IMG/VR virus record: IMGVR_UViG_3300021963_006415
Coordinates: 1-64,000 of that record
DNA: 64,000 nucleotides
Reading direction: 5' to 3' (one strand)
From: a virus
The stretch's first letter is position 1; each line of letters begins with the position of its first letter. Positions 48,001-56,154 of the stretch are shown piece by piece. The notes beneath the pieces are model-generated. The model worked only from the letters and a program-made list of their open reading frames with translations. It was not told where the DNA came from and ran no database searches. The translations under genes and the position numbers were made by a program.

Positions 48001-48600
48001 TTTGAACGTTCTATAATCTTCCCCCGCTGATGGTAATGTTGGTGTACCATTTACTGAACCAGATATTGTTAATCTACTTACGTTTCTATTGTAGATTGGA
48101 AGTATTGATTCGCTTATATCGATTTTAGGTCTACGATAAAATCTTATTTTAGATGTATTTGCTAATATTGGGTTTACATTTATTTGCTTTTCCCATTTAA
48201 CATTATATGTATCTTTCCAATTTTCAGGAACAGGTATTGTAACTCCATTAAAATTATACTCACTTAATTCTCCTAATATTGTTATAGTGCAAGGACCAAA
48301 AGCAGTATCGGGGTATATGTAAACAGCAACAACTTTAGAAGTTCCTTCAAAATATTCAGGAATACCTTCGCCTGGTTCGTGATAAACTATTTTACCTTGC
48401 GAATCTCTGATTTGAATTTTTACAATTGTATCAGAAACCAATTCAGGAGAACCTTGAATAAGGAATGCGTTTTTACCTCCCGTAAAAGTATCGGGTAATT
48501 CTGTTATTTTAAAATATTTACTATTAGGGTCAGTATCGTTTACTAAAACATTAATTGTTTCTAAACTCTCATCAAAAAGGGTTTTCTTTAAAATTGCCAT
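42067..48600 (-). CDS. Long tail fibre/spike with C-terminal intramolecular chaperone (peptidase S74)
   Basis: 2177 aa, S/T/G-rich beta repeats, Ala-rich coil; C-terminal SSDERLKTNI...YGFIAQEV..FP..LDYN..AAIKEL. Confidence 0.88.
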   Translation of the reverse strand: MAILKKTLFDESLETINVLVNDTDPNSKYFKITELPDTFTGGKNAFLIQGSPELVSDTIVKIQIRDSQGKIVYHEPGEGIPEYFEGTSKVVAVYIYPDTAFGPCTITILGELSEYNFNGVTIPVPENWKDTYNVKWEKQINVNPILANTSKIRFYRRPKIDISESILPIYNRNVSRLTISGSVNGTPTLPSAGEDYRTFKGVSRYELSLNGLSQFSESMERETIQINGLAKSYSPIITDVTTNKKAFVDVPYYITGSSLPNYYSVTAFTSASYTMSYDATVTLTDSAINSSFATINITDLETFSGDVNRIKVYASSKNDLGDFQLLEDVQLESNELLLTSSFANQLNVRTGLFTNAILSSFWTSSAIETGVNLSVDNTTLLKSVLLTPQSDYSSSVGLFKFYNKESINFTKNTEYQLDFTPLLSAAADTFGGIEIYMSGSAFTPTSLETNYGKKIGDLTTNTQFRKYDKQQINFKPDSDGVGNLVYVVKGGVWHISDISLRAAQESSFSPNEITLTVNVPVKINNETFDFKFELYDINNNYVPVLLEEEFTFSGGNDVDVRRDLQLNVSNNSFNFSTASVFPQFVTIDFTKTGLTGSVTFQSQSVDVNGNLITVTPQPGTLDYVDVDTRTLSLANFTGSSALGVTVGAITYTASCEDVNRYFTIFRIDQGAPARLFYATADKNSFVFDPDDRYKSDIVDDYIDIRLVRQNLPSYEDEGFNITSGSEVGTPPPLHEIESIGNATVYRLFVTSSTHPYSATPISGSGYVYDFGQSHYDFKYDTVDGDFTSSVTIDAVLKGDKGKGLIATSDANQFFYKMTDLSPIPSSQTITILAKRLNLGSLTNTITVTSGSGVPALSAPNYEGNGVTSYTISAGQSSNYQYSTGVQTYTFTAYDLNGTAYNDEVTLSSVIAESQISVNLTNENATLPARSTGWVASGSFVATSGSVSVKVGGEDITREEGLSTNNRFDIISATGTNCTPNDTTPDDATYGITSLTADSGSLSLVVRYKDGRGTSTDITKVVTYSKAKAAAPSLTLSTTNKAQSVSAKSTGEQIDSFANAVVTIAETYNGSTSNLGLILLSGSSSDLANIVTNNSTGLVTLAGRTLANGTNAASVAITASVTDSEGQSRTLSDTISLTKVKKAVPSVTISATPQSQTVAANAAGTQTGTLTNVTITALEGTTNRFTSMAIASSSGFSIAPIVSSNTLTMTSAVMNADEASVTLTVTHTDSEGTTGQTQTITIRASKIKQGESGVVINLNPASQIVTRSNTGTYGTPGSFVVSVIEGGTTYTYDDSSPYANSTFRITSLSGGTNSGATITPTTPTTTAGTIVTFNVVYVNAAGTSATVSQTHTVSVTLDGQTGPGVVFTGVWEANRAYQFSTGAGTGRRDVVLWSPTGVAPYENYYAAIRQHTSTTGNVADGSPNQTAQTGWENLGTQDFFVAAKIGLFEDSFVQSTLNIGTNNSGGVSSANITLAGGTTNPYLSVGQTTQGYANDGIFLGRDSNLSKFSIVNGSTSYIKWTGTNLEIKGSISVTGGDAATQTYANTVGSNAVSSGSLYASNAALSGSISASAAQTAATLAGQTAANNAAASASAAQLFAQTAANNAVTSGSNAASAAQAAAIATANSNALAVASASVNLLANGGWVGGSGTFITSTSISSPIIAGNAGYISSVFKVGSGGITLDGTNKKIFVGTGNYNNTDTPFYFASGSTDVFSLGDKLTFNGSALSITGTMNASTFNGGTISIGSGTTSIFIANSSGISLGNITFANAPFSVTPTGVLKSTSGTIGGWTIGSTTLSSNNSQTILYNDGNITLSSGGVEKIKITKDSLSTNSTSTSATFPSTTDTSANPLFSSFNYQQTVGNTFGTSATTGNFTIGGTAIIVNVPYTGTAVPGQSQWNQTLANFRSVQNLTLQTVTVTIYTSGGSYVTSKTVTVFSQRDYLSSATSPYTHPAITAGTAAVPFSGLTSGGTYYAVVDISRTISSQYIAFTFGSVTLSGQFAWTGITGGSPTIDITSAEEKTSIGVNGMIVSSAGGFAQIGPVATVGGTAYSAAFLGDVRINGALYTSAVLSSSDERLKTNIRDLESPLVKIEKLNPKSFLWNDITAPLTDKGDSYGFIAQEVQNEFPFLIKNVGNINNLSDVLSLDYNAIIALNTAAIKELLIKIEQLEERILELENQ

Positions 48601-48623
48601 TGTATCTTTTTGGGGTTACAAAG

Positions 48624-48661
48624 ATAAATATTTCAAAAAAAATATTATCTTCATATTTATA
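48624..48661. promoter_or_regulatory. Divergent pair of ATATTTAT(A) motifs
   Basis: Minus-strand ATATTTAT at 48624-48631 faces the tail fibre gene; plus-strand ATATTTATA at 48653-48661 faces the small + strand gene. Confidence 0.6.
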
Positions 48662-48698
48662 TAAAGAAAACTAATAAAAACTAAAGAAATATAAAGTT

Positions 48699-48878
48699 AT
48701 GAAATACGCAATGTTACAAATAAAAAAAGAAACCCACGAACTTCTCAAACAATATTGTGAAGAACATGGGTTTAAGATGGGAAGTTTAGTTGAAAATTTA
48801 ATTAAGAAACACGTTGGTGTTACTAAACCTCAAGCGAGTGTGTTAAGAGCTGATAAGGTTAAAAATCAATCTTACTAA
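48699..48878 (+). CDS. Small ribbon-helix-helix-like DNA-binding protein (59 aa), absent from the ORF track
   Basis: Manual translation MKYAMLQIKKETHELLKQYCEEHGFKMGSLVENLIKKHVG...; strand-helix-G-helix pattern; own upstream motif. Confidence 0.65.
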   Translation: MKYAMLQIKKETHELLKQYCEEHGFKMGSLVENLIKKHVGVTKPQASVLRADKVKNQSY

Positions 48879-51800
48879 ATCCATCTATCTTTTTTATCTC
48901 TATCAATCCATCTACGATATCTCTCATTTGTTCTAAGTGAGAAATCATCCATATAAAATCGAATTGAGTTTTTAAATATTGCATCATCATAAATAATGAT
49001 GATAAGTTATTTGCATCCAACGTACCAAATCCCTCATCAATTACTAAGAAGTTAGGACGGGGCAGGTTACATATGTTAATCAGAGCTACTCTAATAGCCA
49101 AACCACTTACAAACTTCTCCATACCACTACACATTTCTAATGGCCATTCTTGGTCTTCGTAAACAATTTTTGCGTTAATAGATTTACCATCTATATCCAT
49201 TACGATACTAAAATCTACAACCTGCGCAAGTATATTATTGATTTCATTTTCAATAACAGGCATTGCTTTGGAAATGAGTTCGTATGGTACACCATCTCTC
49301 TTTACAGAATCGATATAATAGGTGTATAGGCGACTCTTTTCTTCCAATTCCTTAACTTCATCCATCTTATCCTTTACATTGTCTATAAACGATTGTATTT
49401 GAGTAATAGAGCTATTCAAATCAGATATTTGTTTGTTAAGCGATTTTACTTCGGATTCTATTTCACCTTTGGTTTTATTTAAACCTTCAATAACAGATTC
49501 TATTTGTTTATTACGTTTAATCGTATCTTCATTATCGTGATACTTTTGGATATCTGAATTTACTTGCTCCAATTGAGTGTCATACAATTGTTTTTGAGTT
49601 TCAAATCCATTTAATTCGGCAATTGTTTTTTCTTTAATTACAATTGCTTTCTGATATTTAGATTTTAACTCAACCAAATAATCCCATTGTTCTTCTACAT
49701 CCGCAATATAAGATGCCTGTTGAATTAGTGATTGGTGTTTGTTTCCTAATTCAGTTAATTTATCTTCTTGCTCTTCTACTTTAGATTTTGTTTCTAACGC
49801 ATCTTTTACGAATACGTTATTCATACAAAACTTACAGTTTGGGTCATATTCGTGTTGTTCCAAATGTGAAAGTTTTTCTCTATTGGATTCTAAAGATTGT
49901 TCTAATAACTGAATTTGATGTTCAGTTTCATTTATCTCACTTTTATACTCATCCCATTCCTTCTTAGCATCTTCGATTGGTTTACCATTAATAGTTTTGT
50001 GTTCTTCAATCGATTGTGATATTTCGGAAATACTTTGTGTGTATTCATCTAATTTTGCTTTCTTATTTTTTTCTTCTGAAAGAACATGTAGAATATCAAA
50101 TCCAATTTGATTCTTTTTCTTTTCCAATTTATCTAAATCTAAATTTGCATCTACTGGCACCAACTCTTTTGTTAATCCCAATATTCTATTAGATAAATCT
50201 TCTACATCATTTGCTTTTGTTTCTAATTCCTTTTCTTTTGCTCTTAATTCTGATTTCTTTGTTTGCTTTTCTAAACCCTTTTCAGCCAACTCTGTCGTAA
50301 AGTCGGTTTTCTTAAAATTTTTGATAAGTACTGCTACTTCCTTAATATCCTCACTTGCAGTTTCATACAATTTATCGAATATATCTAACCCCATAAATTG
50401 TGCCAATAAATCCTTACGTTCACTTTGTGATTTATCAATGAATAGTGCATTGTTACCTTGCAAACTCAATGCAGTTAATACGAAATCTTCGTACTTACCA
50501 ACGTATTGTTCAATTACTGCGTTTGTATCTCTTCTCTCCGTTCCGTTTAGAGATGTGATTGTACCACCTTCATCTTTCCAAAATTGTACATCTACTTTAA
50601 CGTTCTTTCCTTTGTTAATCGTTTTAGCAGTTCTACTAATATGAAAATCTATTCCATTTACTTGGAAGTGTAAGTTACATTCGAAATCCTTTTTACGATT
50701 GTTCATAATGTGAGTAGCCTTAAATGCTCTACTACACTTATCAAACAAACAAAAGGAGATTGCATCAAATAGGGATGATTTACCACTAGCGTTTGGTGCG
50801 AATAATCCCATTAATCCTCCTACTTTTGCGAAATCTATTTTATTATTTTCACCATAGGAGAACATATTACTGAATGTAAACTTTATAGGTTTCCAATGTA
50901 TGTTCCTATGTACTTCTTCTTGCGTTATTCTGCTATTGATATCTCTATTGATTGCTTCTAAACCATCTAAATCCGCAGTGGTTGTAAATGGCATCATTCT
51001 TTGAACATAATCCTTTATCAATGTGTTTTGATAGTTGATATCGGATATATCTTCAAAATCTAATTTGTTTAATCTATTACCTGTCTTTTGTTTTGAGAAT
51101 GAATCAGTTCTGATAATTGTAAAATCATCAACACCATATCTCATTTTGATTTCGGTAATTACTTTCTTTGTATCGGCAGTATCAGTATTTGATAAACGAA
51201 CTCTCAATCGAGGGAACTTTGGCATATCCGTTACAACTGGTACTACACCATTATCTACATCCAATGTATAATATCCATAATCATTTGGAATATCTATTGC
51301 TTCGTATTTTAAAGATGCAACATCCCAAATAAGGAATCCGTGTCCGTTTAAACTCTCACCAAAGTTTTGTTGTACCAATGAACCGGCGTAAACTACTTTA
51401 CATCCGCTTGGAGAAATCATAGTTTGTCTTTTATGAATATCACCTAATAAGGCTAAATCATAACCATCAAACATATCCGTTGTAAAATGTCTACTACTTA
51501 CTACATACCCCACGTCTGTCATTGAATTATCAACTGGTCCGTGAAATAATGCAATCTTTTTGTTTCCAAATAGTGTTTCTGCTTTTGGCCAATTATCTTT
51601 TTTATCAAAGATACTGAATACAGCAAAATCAACCCCACCTAACGAATATACTTGCGTATCTTTAAGATAGTGAAAATTTGGTAGGTTTAAAGCCTCTACG
51701 ATTGGAGTAAGTACATCCAAACGGTCAGAGTTGTTCATATTACAATCGTGATTACCTGCAATCAAAATTGTTTCACAATGTTTAGAGCATTCGGTAAATA

Positions 51801-52002
51801 ACCAACTAATCTCTTTCACCAATTCCGGTGACATTTCCAATTTAGCATGTGCAATATCACCTGCTAAATAAATGATTGAATCTTCCGTACCTCTTTTACG
51901 GATTTCTTCAAACATCTTTTCAAACACTGCTCTATACTCTTTGTGCCTTTGTACGTTACGAATATGAATATCCGCAATATGGTAAATTCTTTTTAAACTC
52001 AT
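48859..52002 (-). CDS. Fused Mre11/SbcD nuclease - Rad50/SbcC ATPase (T4 gp47-gp46-like)
   Basis: ADIH, GDIAH, GNHD, LFHG, GDIH; Walker A NASGKSS; Zn hook CKFC; SGME; LVIDEGFG. Confidence 0.92.
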   Translation of the reverse strand: MSLKRIYHIADIHIRNVQRHKEYRAVFEKMFEEIRKRGTEDSIIYLAGDIAHAKLEMSPELVKEISWLFTECSKHCETILIAGNHDCNMNNSDRLDVLTPIVEALNLPNFHYLKDTQVYSLGGVDFAVFSIFDKKDNWPKAETLFGNKKIALFHGPVDNSMTDVGYVVSSRHFTTDMFDGYDLALLGDIHKRQTMISPSGCKVVYAGSLVQQNFGESLNGHGFLIWDVASLKYEAIDIPNDYGYYTLDVDNGVVPVVTDMPKFPRLRVRLSNTDTADTKKVITEIKMRYGVDDFTIIRTDSFSKQKTGNRLNKLDFEDISDINYQNTLIKDYVQRMMPFTTTADLDGLEAINRDINSRITQEEVHRNIHWKPIKFTFSNMFSYGENNKIDFAKVGGLMGLFAPNASGKSSLFDAISFCLFDKCSRAFKATHIMNNRKKDFECNLHFQVNGIDFHISRTAKTINKGKNVKVDVQFWKDEGGTITSLNGTERRDTNAVIEQYVGKYEDFVLTALSLQGNNALFIDKSQSERKDLLAQFMGLDIFDKLYETASEDIKEVAVLIKNFKKTDFTTELAEKGLEKQTKKSELRAKEKELETKANDVEDLSNRILGLTKELVPVDANLDLDKLEKKKNQIGFDILHVLSEEKNKKAKLDEYTQSISEISQSIEEHKTINGKPIEDAKKEWDEYKSEINETEHQIQLLEQSLESNREKLSHLEQHEYDPNCKFCMNNVFVKDALETKSKVEEQEDKLTELGNKHQSLIQQASYIADVEEQWDYLVELKSKYQKAIVIKEKTIAELNGFETQKQLYDTQLEQVNSDIQKYHDNEDTIKRNKQIESVIEGLNKTKGEIESEVKSLNKQISDLNSSITQIQSFIDNVKDKMDEVKELEEKSRLYTYYIDSVKRDGVPYELISKAMPVIENEINNILAQVVDFSIVMDIDGKSINAKIVYEDQEWPLEMCSGMEKFVSGLAIRVALINICNLPRPNFLVIDEGFGTLDANNLSSLFMMMQYLKTQFDFIWMISHLEQMRDIVDGLIEIKKIDGFSKIDF

Positions 52003-52940
52003 AATGAATTTATTTTGTTTAATAGTAAATCTTCTGATGAAAACTCTTTAGTTTTCTTTAGTTCTTCATAAAATTTTTCATAACCCATATCCGATGCATC
52101 TTTATCTTTTAGATACATCATCTTTACATTGATTCCATTTTTTCTGAAGTAATCAGCTGCTTTAAGTGCTTCGTTGATTGCATCGTTATCTAATGAAATA
52201 ATGATATTGTTTACCCCACTCATAAAGATTTTTTCAACCAATTGTTTGGAAGGAAACTTACCTAAAAGTGGAATAGCGTTTCGTTTAATTGTAATAGCAT
52301 CAAATACACCCTCACAAAGTATAATTGGTTCATTCCAATTTACCTGTGATTCAAAACAAATTATATTCTTACTGATTGGCGGGTTTTTATATTTCATCTT
52401 CTCATCTTCATAATAAGAACGAGAAACAAAATAATTAAGTGAACCATCTGAATTGTATGATGGGATTATCACTCTACGGGCATATAAACCTTCTTTACAA
52501 TATCCAATATTGTGTTTGATGATATCTTTTATACTAATACCTCTTTGGGTAAGATAATGTATAGCATGTTTGTATTCAGGATTAAATCCCTTTGGTTCTT
52601 CTGCTAATGAAATAAATTCTTTTGGGAGTTGAATAAACACCTTTGTTTCAGCATCTTCTTGCTGTGGTGTCCAATTACTATCACCATAGATTTCTCTAAT
52701 AAGAGATATCGTTTTTCTATCTACATCTAATTTACGAAGTAAAGATGTAAGTTTCTTACCACCACTATTACAAGTCCAACAATGCCACTTTTGGGTTTCG
52801 GTATTAACTTGTAGTTTTGGTTTGTGATGATTACAAAAAGGACAGTAATATGCTATTTCGTTCCCTTTTAGGGATACTCCACTACCCAATACATTAGTAA
52901 GGGCAGTAATTACCTTATTTTTATCATTGCTACTTAACAC
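51999..52940 (-). CDS. DNA primase (Zn finger + TOPRIM)
   Basis: CPFC...HCWTC, EGVFDA, LDND, KDASD; likely start GTG 52940. Confidence 0.88.
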   Translation of the reverse strand: MLSSNDKNKVITALTNVLGSGVSLKGNEIAYYCPFCNHHKPKLQVNTETQKWHCWTCNSGGKKLTSLLRKLDVDRKTISLIREIYGDSNWTPQQEDAETKVFIQLPKEFISLAEEPKGFNPEYKHAIHYLTQRGISIKDIIKHNIGYCKEGLYARRVIIPSYNSDGSLNYFVSRSYYEDEKMKYKNPPISKNIICFESQVNWNEPIILCEGVFDAITIKRNAIPLLGKFPSKQLVEKIFMSGVNNIIISLDNDAINEALKAADYFRKNGINVKMMYLKDKDASDMGYEKFYEELKKTKEFSSEDLLLNKINSL

Positions 52941-52944
52941 AAAC

Positions 52945-52976
52945 CAAATATACAACAAATATTTGAAATTACCAAA
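52945..52976 (-). promoter_or_regulatory. Bacteroidota housekeeping-sigma promoter (-33 TTTG / -7 TAnnTTTG)
   Basis: Minus strand TTTG (52976-52973), 20-nt spacer, TATATTTG (52952-52945). Confidence 0.7.
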
Positions 52977-52985
52977 TTTTTATGG

Positions 52986-53396
52986 TTATAAGAACCATTC
53001 TTCTGGTATTTCTTTATCTGCGTATTTAAATCCGTTCTTTTCGCACCAATCTGCGTAGGTGGTTTTGGATTTTTTATTGATTTTATTCTTAGAGTTTGTA
53101 AAAACGAATCTGATATCCAATTCTGGATGTTGTTGTTTAACTAATAGGTGCTTTTTTCTATCTGCTATAACAAATCTACCTTTAGTTTCTATAATAATTC
53201 CATTTGGTAACTTAAAATCAGGATTGTAAGTATGTTCAGAAGCAGGTATAATATAAGCCACCTTTTCGGATTCATATTTAACCTCAATTCCTTTGCTTGC
53301 AATTTGATTGGAAATATTTTCTTCAAGACCGGATTTAAATCCATACTTTTTAGCAACCCATTTAGAGTTGGACTTTTTTGTAACTTTTTTTGGCAT
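52986..53396 (-). CDS. Endonuclease I / Holliday junction resolvase (T7 gp3-like)
   Basis: FKSGLE, YNPDF.LPNGIIIETKGRF...RKKHLL, DIRFVF, TTYADWC. Confidence 0.92.
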   Translation of the reverse strand: MPKKVTKKSNSKWVAKKYGFKSGLEENISNQIASKGIEVKYESEKVAYIIPASEHTYNPDFKLPNGIIIETKGRFVIADRKKHLLVKQQHPELDIRFVFTNSKNKINKKSKTTYADWCEKNGFKYADKEIPEEWFL

Positions 53397-53403
53397 TAAA
53401 TTA

Positions 53404-53613
53404 TTATTTCTTTACAGAATCCGAGTATTTTTTATCGTTAATTTCTCCACCTCTTCCGGTTTTGAATTTTGCAGCAGTTAACACTTGGTCATCTACCTTT
53501 TTCAAATCGTTTGTAGTGTATGGAGTTTGTGCGTTTACTCCAGCTTCAAATGAAATTTTATCAACACCTAAAGATGCTTGAGATGCTTTGTATAATTCTA
53601 AAATCTTTGACAT
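53404..53613 (-). CDS. Hypothetical small protein
   Basis: 69 aa ORF with upstream ATATTTATA at 53630-53638. Confidence 0.55.
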   Translation of the reverse strand: MSKILELYKASQASLGVDKISFEAGVNAQTPYTTNDLKKVDDQVLTAAKFKTGRGGEINDKKYSDSVKK

Positions 53614-53641
53614 AGTTTCTATTGTTTAATATAAATATAAG

Positions 53642-54838
53642 TTAAGTATCAAAACGAACAATAAAGTTTACAGGCAATTCAGGGTCTGACTTAATTGGTT
53701 GTGGTAATTTAGCTACCGCCACTAAATCACAATTATCATCGTATAATCCTATTGTAGTTATAAATGGTGCTAAGAAAGAACCTGTACTATCTACCGAACT
53801 ACTAGCTTCCCAATGTTCAAATCCAGCTTTTGCGCTTCCCGTAGTTCCACTAAATCTATAATCTAAAATATCTCCATTTTCTAATATAGATTTTTTACGA
53901 ATGTATTTTACACCAGGATTTGTTGTTACTTTTCTAACTATACCATTGGTATCTACATATGTAGAAGTTTCTGCACCAACAACCTCTACTGCTGATGGGT
54001 TTTGTGAAACGTTAAATTCATCGGGCTGAACTATTAATAAGAATTCGTTTTCATAAATGGTTTCGGTTGATTTATAATCTAAAGTCCAACCACTATTTAA
54101 TCTATTAGCTGCATCTCTCGTTAGTACTATCAATCCTTGTGTATAGAATACATTACCTATTTTTATACCCTGTGCTGCATCTGGTAAGAATGGTAAATCA
54201 TCTGCAATCAATACTCCTGATTGTACATCGTATGATATTAATTGTTGAAAATATGTAGTACCATCCCATAAAATTCTTATTTCTTCGTTTTGAATATCAA
54301 CAAATACAGTTGTTGGGTATGGAGATGAAGCACTATATTCATTATTAATATAATCTATAAAATTTATCTGATTTGTTTGATTATCTATTAGTGATAAAAT
54401 TATACTATCTCTTGGGTCTTGTATATTACCATATCCATCATCTACATAAGTGGTAGATGAATCTACTAATGTAACTGAAAACTTTTTTATACCTTCACCA
54501 ACTGCAATTTGTGGAATACTTATTACTTTTGCATAATCCTCTATATATCTTTCTTTAGCTAATGTTGCCGTTTCGTAATAATTTTTTTTAGAACCAAATC
54601 TTAAAAATGGATTATCTTCATTACCATTATAAAATTGTCCTTTAAGTTGCCCGTAAACGGATACTCTATTATATTCAGAACCACTTAAATATCCTTCGGA
54701 TACAGACGCAGTTGTGTTATTTGAATATAAAATATTTTCTGCTTCAAAAACTGAAGCATTGGAAGTTGCTCTATCCCACTCTTTATAAGCCTTAAAAGGT
54801 CTTATACTAATATCCGATTTTGGTATTCTTTTTAACAT
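53642..54838 (-). CDS. Virion structural protein (tail/baseplate-associated)
   Basis: C-terminal PFITTIGLYDD..DLVAVAKL motif shared with 54932..56146. Confidence 0.6.
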   Translation of the reverse strand: MLKRIPKSDISIRPFKAYKEWDRATSNASVFEAENILYSNNTTASVSEGYLSGSEYNRVSVYGQLKGQFYNGNEDNPFLRFGSKKNYYETATLAKERYIEDYAKVISIPQIAVGEGIKKFSVTLVDSSTTYVDDGYGNIQDPRDSIILSLIDNQTNQINFIDYINNEYSASSPYPTTVFVDIQNEEIRILWDGTTYFQQLISYDVQSGVLIADDLPFLPDAAQGIKIGNVFYTQGLIVLTRDAANRLNSGWTLDYKSTETIYENEFLLIVQPDEFNVSQNPSAVEVVGAETSTYVDTNGIVRKVTTNPGVKYIRKKSILENGDILDYRFSGTTGSAKAGFEHWEASSSVDSTGSFLAPFITTIGLYDDNCDLVAVAKLPQPIKSDPELPVNFIVRFDT

Positions 54839-54863
54839 ATCACATATAAATATCTTTCAAACT

Positions 54864-54890
54864 AAAAACCCAACTTTTTTGGAGTTGGGT
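54864..54890 (-). terminator. Rho-independent terminator
   Basis: Minus strand ACCCAACT-loop-AGTTGGGT followed by TTTT, downstream of 54932..56146. Confidence 0.7.
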
Positions 54891-54931
54891 CTAGCCTATA
54901 CATTGATAGTTCGATATAAGTTACTCTCTGA

Positions 54932-56146
54932 TTAAAAGTCCAATTTAACCTTAATTGCAACTTCCTTATCAAATGATTTTTCAATTGGTTTAGATACCTT
55001 TGCTACTGCTAATAATTCATTAGCATCATCGTAAAGACCTACAGTAGTAATGTACACTTTAGGGTCTCTTTCAAAAGTAGGTTGAACAAATTGTCCAGTT
55101 GAGCCGGTTACAAATGTTGGGTTGTTTGAGAAATTGAATTCTCTATTGTTAGCTCTTACGAAATAATGTGAAGTAGAAACGTTTTCAGTTCTACGAGCTT
55201 GGAAATCTTCTCCTTTTTTCAATGCACCAAATAAATTGTGCATATTAGTTACGTTACTATATGTGTTAGCTGCCGATGCTGAAACAAATGTTGTTCCAAC
55301 GCCTGCTCTAACAGCTGCTGGGTTTAAGATGATAACTCCTGCATCAGGATAGAATAATCCCCATCCTTGTCCGTTTGAAGCGGTTGTTGAATTGATTGTA
55401 CCTTCGTTGCCTGTACCAATGTTCAATGCACCACTTACCATATTAAATACCCTACCGCTTGAACCAACAGTTTCAACTTGGCCAGAATCATCAATTAAAG
55501 TTACTAATCCAGCTGAACCTGATAAACTTATTTGAATGTTACCTGGGTCTAATTTTTCTTTGTATCTAGCTCTATTGATGTTTAATGCGTAGAAGTGTTC
55601 TAAATCATGTCCACCTTCAGTAGACCCATTATAAACACTAAAATATGTATCACCACTATCTAACAATAAATTTCTCATTTGAGAATAGATAGCTTTAGTT
55701 GCTAAAGTAGAACTATCCGTTTGAGATAATGTTGGTACACCACCACCACTAATATGTGCGTATGCTATTGAAAACTGCACTTCTGCTGATGCTGATGTGT
55801 AGTGTTCGTTGTAAACATCTAAATAGTATTTACCACTTACAGAAGAACTTTGCTCTGAAGATGAATAGAAAGCGGTTAAAGAACCAGCATCACCACTCCA
55901 AATACCAGAAGTTACAACTTCTGTTCTATTTGTTACTTTATCAATAGCACCGAATTTTTTGTAAATACCATTTGTTACAGTAGTTACATCGGCACTGATT
56001 TGTTCACCTTGTCCTAAGAATTGGTTTACAATGTTTACTAATTCGTTTGTATCAACGGGAGTACCTGCGGTGTTAGCTGCACCTGCAAGATATTGTGATA
56101 AATTACTTGCTAAAAGGGCTCCTCTATTATCTCTTATTACTGCCAT
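54932..56146 (-). CDS. Virion structural protein (tail/baseplate-associated)
   Basis: EFNFSNNPTF, VYITTVGLYDDANELLAVAKV; paralogous C-terminus with 53642..54838. Confidence 0.6.
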   Translation of the reverse strand: MAVIRDNRGALLASNLSQYLAGAANTAGTPVDTNELVNIVNQFLGQGEQISADVTTVTNGIYKKFGAIDKVTNRTEVVTSGIWSGDAGSLTAFYSSSEQSSSVSGKYYLDVYNEHYTSASAEVQFSIAYAHISGGGVPTLSQTDSSTLATKAIYSQMRNLLLDSGDTYFSVYNGSTEGGHDLEHFYALNINRARYKEKLDPGNIQISLSGSAGLVTLIDDSGQVETVGSSGRVFNMVSGALNIGTGNEGTINSTTASNGQGWGLFYPDAGVIILNPAAVRAGVGTTFVSASAANTYSNVTNMHNLFGALKKGEDFQARRTENVSTSHYFVRANNREFNFSNNPTFVTGSTGQFVQPTFERDPKVYITTVGLYDDANELLAVAKVSKPIEKSFDKEVAIKVKLDF

Positions 56147-56154
56147 AGTTTATA

